Origin: Candidatus Bipolaricaulota bacterium
Lineage (GTDB): Bacteria; Bipolaricaulota; Bipolaricaulia; UBA7950; UBA9294
Direction of reading: 5' to 3'
Assembly: GCA_034718095.1 (NCBI GenBank)
Contig: JAYEMK010000013.1
Coordinates: forward strand, 10,696 to 47,629
Length of the DNA stretch: 36,934 nucleotides
The position numbers and the translations under genes were made by a program. Shown here in pieces: positions 8,362-14,843 of the stretch. The notes under the pieces were generated by a model that worked only from the letters and a program-made list of their open reading frames with translations, was not told the origin of the DNA and made no database searches. Every line of letters begins with the position of its first letter. Position 1 is the first letter of the stretch.

Positions 8362-10320
8362 GTGTCGGAGTTGACCAGATGGGTTAAGAAGGATCCGGCC
8401 AAGGAGAATGTCTTCTGGCCGAGTGATCAGATGAAGGAACGGGCCTGGGCCTCGGATGAATCGATCTACGAGCAGGCAAAATCCGATCCCGAAGGGTTTT
8501 GGGCTGAGCAGGCTGAGGGGCTCGACTGGTTTAAGCGCTGGGAAAAGGGCTACGAATTTAAACCTCAGGGATACCAATGGTTTATAGGGGGGAAAGTTAA
8601 TATTTCCCACAACTCTCTTGATCGCCATATAGAGAATGGTCGGGGGAAAGACATCGCCCTTATTTGGGAACCGGAGCCGGTTGCGGAGGAGGCCATCAAG
8701 TTTACCTATAGCGAGCTTCACCGCCTCGTTTCCAAATTCGCCAACGTGCTCAAGGGGCTCGGGGTAAACAAGGGAGATCGCGTTGGAATATATCTTCCGA
8801 TGATCCCCGAGGCTATCATCGCCATGCAGGCCTGCGCTCGGATCGGTGCCCCGCACAGTGTGGTCTTCTCGGCCTTTAGCCCTGACTCGCTGCGTGATCG
8901 ATTGATCGATGCCGGCGCCAAGGTGTTGATAACGGCCAATGGCTACTGGCGCCGCGGCAAGCAGATAAACCTGAAAAAGAACGCCGATAAAGGTGTCGAA
9001 GGGACACAGGTAGAAAAAATGGTGGTAGTGAAGCGGCTCGCCGGGGATGTCCCGATGACCCCCGATCGTGATCTTTGGTACCACGAACAGATGGAAGGGG
9101 CGAGTGAGGATTGCCCGCCTGAGGAGCTGGATTCTGAGGATCTCTCCTTTTTGCTTTACACCTCGGGGACAACCGGAAAGCCAAAGGGGATCATGCATAC
9201 CACAGGTGGTTATGCGGTCCAGTCTTACATTACCACCAAATGGAATTTCGACCTACATCAGGGGGACATTTTCTGGTGCACGGCCGACGTGGGCTGGATC
9301 ACTGGCCATACATATATTAACTATGGACCGTTGATGAATGGGGTAACCAGTGTGATGTACGAGGGCACACCGGACAGCCCTGATTACGGGAGGATATGGG
9401 CGATCGTTGAAAAACATAAGGTCACCCAGCTGTACACTGCCCCCACCGCAATCCGCATGTTCCTCAAGTGGGGGAATGAATGGCCGGCCAAGTACGATCT
9501 ATCCTCGTTGCGGCTGCTGGGGACAGTGGGTGAGCCAATCAACGTCGATGCCTGGCTATGGTACTTTGAGCACATCGGCGGCGGGCGCTGCCCGATCATC
9601 GATACCTGGTGGCAGACTGAAACCGGGGCCACTATGGTAAACAACCTTCCTGGAATCGGGCCGTTTATCCCCACCGTTGCCGGAAGACCGTTCCCAGGGA
9701 TTCAGGCCGACATCCTCGATGCCGGTGGGACATCGGTGAAGGTAGGGGCCGGTGGCTATCTGTCTATTTTGAATCCTTTCCCTCCGGCATTGACGCGAGG
9801 GATCTACGGGGATATGGAGAGATTCAAGAATGAGTACTACAGCGACTATGGACCGGAGCGCTACTATACAAGCGATGGGGCGCGGATGGATGAGATGGGT
9901 AACATCCGCATTACCGGCAGGGTCGATGACGTTATGAATGTCGCCGGGCATCGGCTTGCCACCGCTGAGGTGGAGAGTGCCCTCACCGAGAACGAGAGGG
10001 TGAGCGAGGTCGCGGTCGTCTCCAGACCACATGAACTGAAAGGAGAGGTACCGGTCGCCTTTGTCCTGCTGAAGGCAGGGATGAGGGGGTCGGATGACAT
10101 CCGCGCTGGGTTGCTCAAGACGGTGAGTGAACTCATCGGACCTACAGCACGCCCGGATGAGATCTTCTTCGTGGATGACGTGCCGAAGACCCGTAGTGGG
10201 AAGATTATGCGTCGGGTCTTGAAGTCATTGGTGCAGGACAAGCCTGTCGGGGATATAACAACATTGAGGAACCCTGATATCGTAGAACACCTAAAAGAAG
10301 TCGTCGACTACAAGGGCTGA
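8362..10320 (+). CDS. acs: Acetyl-CoA synthetase (AMP-forming)
   Basis: 652 aa. AMP-binding motif YTSGTTGKPKG, WWQTETG, and a C-terminal PKTRSGKIMRR catalytic-lysine motif. GTG start with an AGGAGG Shine-Dalgarno. Confidence 0.95.
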   Translation: MSELTRWVKKDPAKENVFWPSDQMKERAWASDESIYEQAKSDPEGFWAEQAEGLDWFKRWEKGYEFKPQGYQWFIGGKVNISHNSLDRHIENGRGKDIALIWEPEPVAEEAIKFTYSELHRLVSKFANVLKGLGVNKGDRVGIYLPMIPEAIIAMQACARIGAPHSVVFSAFSPDSLRDRLIDAGAKVLITANGYWRRGKQINLKKNADKGVEGTQVEKMVVVKRLAGDVPMTPDRDLWYHEQMEGASEDCPPEELDSEDLSFLLYTSGTTGKPKGIMHTTGGYAVQSYITTKWNFDLHQGDIFWCTADVGWITGHTYINYGPLMNGVTSVMYEGTPDSPDYGRIWAIVEKHKVTQLYTAPTAIRMFLKWGNEWPAKYDLSSLRLLGTVGEPINVDAWLWYFEHIGGGRCPIIDTWWQTETGATMVNNLPGIGPFIPTVAGRPFPGIQADILDAGGTSVKVGAGGYLSILNPFPPALTRGIYGDMERFKNEYYSDYGPERYYTSDGARMDEMGNIRITGRVDDVMNVAGHRLATAEVESALTENERVSEVAVVSRPHELKGEVPVAFVLLKAGMRGSDDIRAGLLKTVSELIGPTARPDEIFFVDDVPKTRSGKIMRRVLKSLVQDKPVGDITTLRNPDIVEHLKEVVDYKG

Positions 10321-10332
10321 GGAGGTCTTAAG

Positions 10333-10911
10333 GTGAGCGAACAAAGCAACCGTCTTGCCAACGTTGGTGCACTGGGATTGGGTGGATTTGCCCTGTCGAC
10401 GTTTATCCTTAACATCGTAAACGCGGGTTGGGTCACCGCGCCAAGCCTAGGGATAGTAATGCCTGTGGCCATGTTCTATGGGGGAGTGGCGCAATTTACG
10501 GCCGGGATGTGGGACGTACGGCGCGGGGATATCTTCGGCGCGACCTGTTTTAGTTCATTCGGCGCGTTTTGGATGGGCCTTGCCTCATTCTTCTTTTTAA
10601 AACTGGCTGGCCTGCAGGGTTTTGTCGATGTCCCCCCGGAGGGGATCGCCATCGTATTGATAGCATGGGGAATCTTCACTGGGTATGCGACAATTGCCTC
10701 GTTCAAGCTTCCAAAGGCTGTAATGTGGGTATTTATCACGTTGACGATTCTTTTCTTCCTGCTCGCTATCGGCGAGTTCAGCCCGGTTGTGCACAAGATA
10801 GCAGGTTACGAAGGGATCCTATGTTCACTGATAGCATGGTACGCATCGGCCGGGATTCTGATTAACACTGTACACGGCCGCAGCGTGCTCCCACTGGGGG
10901 AGAGAGGGTAA
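10333..10911 (+). CDS. satP: GPR1/FUN34/YaaH family acetate (succinate-acetate) channel
   Basis: 192 aa with six predicted transmembrane helices. N-terminal N.GALGLGGFALSTF motif and a YaaH-like overall pattern. GTG start 12 nt after the acs stop. Confidence 0.85.
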   Translation: MSEQSNRLANVGALGLGGFALSTFILNIVNAGWVTAPSLGIVMPVAMFYGGVAQFTAGMWDVRRGDIFGATCFSSFGAFWMGLASFFFLKLAGLQGFVDVPPEGIAIVLIAWGIFTGYATIASFKLPKAVMWVFITLTILFFLLAIGEFSPVVHKIAGYEGILCSLIAWYASAGILINTVHGRSVLPLGERG

Positions 10912-10919
10912 AGACCGCA

Positions 10920-10945
10920 CGGGGCAAGGATATATATCTGCCCCG
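10920..10945. other. Imperfect 26-nt inverted repeat (hairpin) between satP and prfA
   Basis: CGGGGCA-AG-GATAT/ATATC-TGCCCCG: a GC-rich stem around a self-complementary GATATATATC core. No U-tract follows it on either strand. Confidence 0.3.
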
Positions 10946-10963
10946 GCTCTATGATGAGGGATC

Positions 10964-12022
10964 ATGGCAGAGATCGCTGAGGAGCTTGTGCACGTCAGGA
11001 AGGAGCATGATTCGCTGGAGAGGAGGCTGAGCGATCCTGAGGTAATCGCTGGCCCCTCTTACCGTGAGCTGACTCAGCGCTATGCCTATCTGCGTGAGGT
11101 GGTGAAGCTTGGGGATGAATGGGAGCGGCTCCGCTCCTCGATCGCTGAGGAAGAGGAATTGTGGGAAAACGAAGAGGAGCTGCGGGACGAGTTAGAGGAA
11201 GAGCTGGCTGAGGATCGCGGTCGTCTAAAAGAGTTAGAGGATAGGGTTATCCGGAGGCTTCACCCACCGGATCCCAGCGATGCCAAGAACGCGATCGTGG
11301 AGATAAGGGCCGGGACAGGTGGGGACGAATCGACCCTGTTTGCCGCTGATCTGTTCCGTATGTACTCCCGTTATGCTGAGAAGAATGATTGGAGGGTGTT
11401 GTTGCTTGACAGTCACCCCACCCCACTCGGTGGATTCAAGCAGGTGATCTTTGCCATTGAGGGGGCAGGGACATACGGTCGTTTCCGCTATGAATCAGGT
11501 GTCCACCGTGTGCAGCGCGTTCCGGAGACCGAGTCCTCCGGCCGTATACACACATCTACTGCAACGGTAGTGGTGCTGCCCGAGGCTGAGGAGGTGGAGG
11601 TGAATATAGCGGGGGATGCTCTCAGGATAGACACTTTTCACTCCACCGGGCCCGGTGGCCAGAGCGTCAACACCACAGATTCTGCAGTGAGGATCACCCA
11701 TTTGCCCACCGGGCTCGTGGTGAGCTGTCAGGATGAGAAATCTCAACATAAGAACAGGGCGCAGGCGATGAGGGTATTGCGGGCCCGGTTAAAGGATCTC
11801 TACGAGCAGCAGAAACAGGCGGAGATCACTGCGACGAGGCGAAAACATATCGGTTCCGGCGACCGCAGTGAGAAGATCCGCACCTATAACTTTCCCCAGA
11901 GCCGGGTCACCGATCATCGTATCAATTTCACCCTTTATCAGTTAGAGGGGATCCTCGCCGGGGAATTGAATCCACTTATCGATCGGCTGCTCGAGGCGAG
12001 GACTAAGGAGGTCTTGTCCTAA
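10964..12022 (+). CDS. prfA: Peptide chain release factor 1
   Basis: 352 aa with GGQ motif (STGPGGQSVNTT) and an RF1-type PxT tripeptide (PET) in RVQRVPETES. There is no internal frameshift site of the prfB type. Confidence 0.95.
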   Translation: MAEIAEELVHVRKEHDSLERRLSDPEVIAGPSYRELTQRYAYLREVVKLGDEWERLRSSIAEEEELWENEEELRDELEEELAEDRGRLKELEDRVIRRLHPPDPSDAKNAIVEIRAGTGGDESTLFAADLFRMYSRYAEKNDWRVLLLDSHPTPLGGFKQVIFAIEGAGTYGRFRYESGVHRVQRVPETESSGRIHTSTATVVVLPEAEEVEVNIAGDALRIDTFHSTGPGGQSVNTTDSAVRITHLPTGLVVSCQDEKSQHKNRAQAMRVLRARLKDLYEQQKQAEITATRRKHIGSGDRSEKIRTYNFPQSRVTDHRINFTLYQLEGILAGELNPLIDRLLEARTKEVLS

Positions 12023-12050
12023 AAGGCTGTCTATTTCATCGTTTTCGTCC

Positions 12051-12079
12051 TTGACAAAGGGTAGCCCTCCTGCTATTCT
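12051..12079 (+). promoter_or_regulatory. Putative promoter for tRNA-Ile (TTGACA-17 nt-TATTCT)
   Basis: Consensus -35 with 17-nt spacing. The predicted start site lies about 8 nt before the mature tRNA 5' end. Confidence 0.45.
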
Positions 12080-12093
12080 ATTGCTTGTTGTGC

Positions 12094-12167
12094 GGGTCTG
12101 TAGCTCAGTCGGTTAGAGCGCTCGCCTGATAAGCGGGAGGTCCCTGGTTCGAATCCAGGCAGGCCCA
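12094..12167 (+). tRNA. tRNA-Ile (anticodon GAT)
   Basis: Hand-folded cloverleaf: acceptor GGGTCTG/CAGGCCC, D-arm GCTC..GAGC, anticodon loop CTGATAA, T-arm CCTGG-TTCGAAT-CCAGG. CCA is not encoded. Confidence 0.9.
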
Positions 12168-12193
12168 TTTCTCTGTAAAAAAAAGGAGGGGCT

Positions 12194-12454
12194 GTGGCAA
12201 ATACGCAGAGCGAAGATGAGAGATTGGTACGGGCAATCGACAAGGGCCCGGGGGGACAGATCCATATTCGTCTGTCTCACTTCCGCGAGCGTGATTATCT
12301 CGACATCCGTAATTTCTTCCAAACGGAGGGCGAAGAGTGGAAACCGACCCGGAAGGGGATCGCCATCCCTATAGAGCTGTACGGGGAGTTAATGGCTGCG
12401 CTAAAGGAGGCTGAGCCGCTGATCCTCGAGCGCTCGGCTGATGCGCAGGCTTGA
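12194..12454 (+). CDS. PC4/p15-like single-stranded DNA-binding small protein (bacterial transcriptional coactivator p15 homolog)
   Basis: 86 aa. The stretch IHIRLSHFRERDYLDIRNFF...WKPTRKGIAIPIELYGEL closely parallels the eukaryotic PC4 C-terminal domain pattern (DIREYW...KPGRKGISL). GTG start with an AAGGAGGGG Shine-Dalgarno. Confidence 0.65.
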   Translation: MANTQSEDERLVRAIDKGPGGQIHIRLSHFRERDYLDIRNFFQTEGEEWKPTRKGIAIPIELYGELMAALKEAEPLILERSADAQA

Positions 12455-12489
12455 TCCACCAGGCGGTATTTTGCATAATGGGTCAAATC

Positions 12490-12562
12490 GGTCCCGTCGT
12501 CTAGTGGCCTAGGATATCGGGCTCTCATCCCGGCGACAGGGGTTCGAATCCCCTCGGGACCA
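12490..12562 (+). tRNA. tRNA-Glu (anticodon CTC)
   Basis: Hand-folded cloverleaf: acceptor GGTCCCG/CGGGACC, anticodon stem TCGGG/CCCGG, loop CTCTCAT, T-arm AGGGG-TTCGAAT-CCCCT. CCA is not encoded. Confidence 0.9.
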
Positions 12563-12570
12563 ATTGAGTT

Positions 12571-13005
12571 ATGGGCAAAGTCTTTTGTCTTCTAGGGGCT
12601 GGGGTCGTCATTGGGGTCGATCGTCTTCTCAAGTTTTGGGTAGAGGGCTCTTTGGAGCTTGGTCGATCGTGTTCGCTTTTGGATGGGGCAGTCTCCTTGC
12701 GCCGGGTGCATAACCCCGGTGGTGCGTTGGGGATATTTGCGAGCTGTCCGAATATTTTCCTCATCGTGGCGGCCGTGGTGTCCACAGGACTTTTCATCGC
12801 TGTCCTTACAGCGGATCTGCCCGGACCGCTGGTAAAAGTAGGTGTTTCTCTCCTACTGGGTGGGGCGGTGGGGAACCTGATCGATCGGCTACTGTTCGGT
12901 TATGTGATCGATTTCATTTTAGTTTACCGGTTTCCCGTGTTTAATCTGGCCGATGCCTGCATAGTGATAGGGGTGGGGTTGATCCTGCTCCGATGGTTGC
13001 TTTAA
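12571..13005 (+). CDS. lspA: Lipoprotein signal peptidase (signal peptidase II)
   Basis: 144 aa with four transmembrane segments and catalytic-Asp motifs NPGGALG and FPVFNLADACI. Confidence 0.9.
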   Translation: MGKVFCLLGAGVVIGVDRLLKFWVEGSLELGRSCSLLDGAVSLRRVHNPGGALGIFASCPNIFLIVAAVVSTGLFIAVLTADLPGPLVKVGVSLLLGGAVGNLIDRLLFGYVIDFILVYRFPVFNLADACIVIGVGLILLRWLL

Positions 13006-13014
13006 CCTGAGAAA

Positions 13015-13623
13015 ATGGACTTTTGCGGTAGATTTATCGTCTTCGAGGGGCTGGATTTCACCGGCAAGTCGACACAGGTCAGGTTGCTCGCGGCCAGGCT
13101 GAGGGAGGCCGGTTATCCGGTGGTGACTACCCGGGAACCGGGAGGGACCCCCGTTGGCGAAGAGGTGCGGAGGGTAATATTGTCGACAAAAAGCGTTAAG
13201 CTACTTCCTCTCTCTGAGCTTCTCCTCTTCATCGCGGCCCGGGCCCAGCTCTGCGCGGAGGTGATTGAGCCCGCCCTGCGACAGAATAAGGTCGTCATCT
13301 CCAGTCGCTACCGATTATCCAGCGTTGCCTACCAGGGGTACGGTCGTGGGATTGACCTCGAGTTGGTGCGGCGGCTGAACGAGGAGGCCACAGGAGGACG
13401 ATGCCCCGACCTTACCTTTTTAATTGACCTTCCCGTGTCGACTGCCCTGGCGCGTAAGAAGGGGGTGGGTGATCGAATTGAAGGGGAGGATAGTGCCTTT
13501 TACCGGCGTGTACAGGATGGATATATTCAACTTGCGCGTGGGGACTCAAGTATTCATCGGATCGACGGTACCCTGTCCAGGGGAGAGATAGCTGCTCAGG
13601 TGAGGGCGCGGCTTGACCTGTAG
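13015..13623 (+). CDS. tmk: Thymidylate kinase
   Basis: 202 aa with P-loop FEGLDFTGKST, the TREPGGT motif and a lid region. Confidence 0.9.
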   Translation: MDFCGRFIVFEGLDFTGKSTQVRLLAARLREAGYPVVTTREPGGTPVGEEVRRVILSTKSVKLLPLSELLLFIAARAQLCAEVIEPALRQNKVVISSRYRLSSVAYQGYGRGIDLELVRRLNEEATGGRCPDLTFLIDLPVSTALARKKGVGDRIEGEDSAFYRRVQDGYIQLARGDSSIHRIDGTLSRGEIAAQVRARLDL

Positions 13624-13679
13624 TTTTCAGGACGATCGGGTATCATAATTTTTTAAGTATCGTGAATAAGGGGGAAAAA

Positions 13680-14843
13680 ATGGACTTCGTGTGTTTGAAG
13701 GACGACCTGGTTTTTGGGGTTAAGCTCGCCAGCTACGCCCTGGGGACCCGGAGCAGTATGCCCATCCTGGCCGGTATCAAAATGGAGATCGAGGGGGATG
13801 CGCTGCGTATATATGCCACAGATTTAGAACGGGCCATACATTGCGAGCTCCCGATCGAAAACCGGGCGGGGAACGAATCAGTGGTGTTGAACGGGGCTGT
13901 ACTGTCGCGGATCGCCTCCCGGCTTCCGGCGGACAATCGAATCTCCTTGAGGACGGGTTCTGAGGACGGCACACTGGTCAAGCTCCAATGTGGGGAGAGC
14001 AGCTTTGATCTACTAACCCTGCCGGTGGAGGATTACCCTGATGTAGCCCCTCTGCCCCAATCGAAAATCGGCACCCTTGATGTTGGACTGTTCCACCGCG
14101 GGATCGAGCAGACGGTATTTGCTGCTCTGCGTGCAGGGGAGACAACCAGGCTCAATCTTACTGGCGTAAACATGGTTCTCAAACAAGGTTCTCTGAAGCT
14201 GGTTGCCACGAACGGCTATCGTCTCTCATTGAAGGAGATCGCGGCGGACGAGGTTCTCGCAGAACAGGAATACCTGATCGACGCGAGCGTCCTCACTGAT
14301 TTGGACAGGGTCCTCTCTCAGCTGGACAGTGACAAGGTCCACCTGCACAAGGGTGAGGGGGAGGTCTTCTTCCACACGGGCGGGGTTACTTTTATGGCGA
14401 AGACGATTGCGGAGGAGTTCCCCGACTTTGAGCAGGTAATCCCTCAGGATAACCAGATCGGTCTGTTTTTCGAACGTCGTGCGTTGTTGGAGACACTGCA
14501 GCGGATCGAGATCACCGCCGCCGAAGAGTCAGGGGCGGCGACAATTCAGGTAAGCAGCGAGGAGAGTGCTGTTCGTATCAATTCATCATCCGCGGACAAG
14601 GGGGAGGCCATGGAGAGGGTACGATTGAAGAAGGTCCCCTCTCAAGATATTGAGGTCTCATTCAAGGCTGAGTATTTGATCGATGCGCTAAAACGGATGA
14701 ATTCGGATGAGGTGGTTCTGTGGCTCACTGATTCTGAGAAGGCCGGCCTTTTTGAGCCCTACGGAGAAAATATCCCCCAGGAAGACCAGGGCTTCCTCTA
14801 TGTGTGCATGCCGGTTCGCATTTCGGGCCGATCCAATGACTAA
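13680..14843 (+). CDS. dnaN: DNA polymerase III beta subunit (sliding clamp)
   Basis: Clamp-like N-terminus (F.C.KDDL...A...RSSMPILAGIKMEIEGDALRIYATDLE) and three-domain length. The ORF opens at GTG 13662, but ATG 13680 follows an AAGGGGGA Shine-Dalgarno and is the more likely start. Confidence 0.9.
   Translation: MDFVCLKDDLVFGVKLASYALGTRSSMPILAGIKMEIEGDALRIYATDLERAIHCELPIENRAGNESVVLNGAVLSRIASRLPADNRISLRTGSEDGTLVKLQCGESSFDLLTLPVEDYPDVAPLPQSKIGTLDVGLFHRGIEQTVFAALRAGETTRLNLTGVNMVLKQGSLKLVATNGYRLSLKEIAADEVLAEQEYLIDASVLTDLDRVLSQLDSDKVHLHKGEGEVFFHTGGVTFMAKTIAEEFPDFEQVIPQDNQIGLFFERRALLETLQRIEITAAEESGAATIQVSSEESAVRINSSSADKGEAMERVRLKKVPSQDIEVSFKAEYLIDALKRMNSDEVVLWLTDSEKAGLFEPYGENIPQEDQGFLYVCMPVRISGRSND

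Noticed and set aside
8347-9198. 283-aa ORF on the minus strand opposite acs. Similar long antisense ORFs lie opposite dnaE (23743-24900, 385 aa), rtcB (27948-28655), alaS (14991-15686), eno (21386-22000), the binding-protein gene (20632-21228) and the permease (17621-18262).
   Set aside because: Each lies entirely inside a confidently identified, motif-rich gene on the other strand. Their translations are low-complexity (R/P/G/S-rich) with no recognisable motifs. Long antisense frames are expected from the codon bias of moderately GC-rich genes.
10964-12022. The release factor might be RF2 with a programmed +1 frameshift, or an unusual PET tripeptide might indicate altered stop-codon recognition.
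   Set aside because: It is a single uninterrupted ORF with an RF1-type PxT motif and no SPF motif. The middle residue of PxT is variable among RF1 proteins, so PET alone is not evidence of altered specificity.
12094-12562. Possibility that the tRNAs mark an integration site, with the PC4-like gene as cargo of a mobile element. The same was considered for tRNA-Thr and tRNA-Ser.
   Set aside because: There is no integrase, no duplicated tRNA 3' segment or direct repeat that I could find nearby, and no compositional break. The flanking genes are core housekeeping genes.
12113-12797. Minus-strand ORFs 12113-12322, 12295-12528 and 12525-12797.
   Set aside because: They run antisense through tRNA-Ile, the PC4-like gene, tRNA-Glu and lspA. 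They have no Shine-Dalgarno or motifs, and the plus-strand features explain the sequence.
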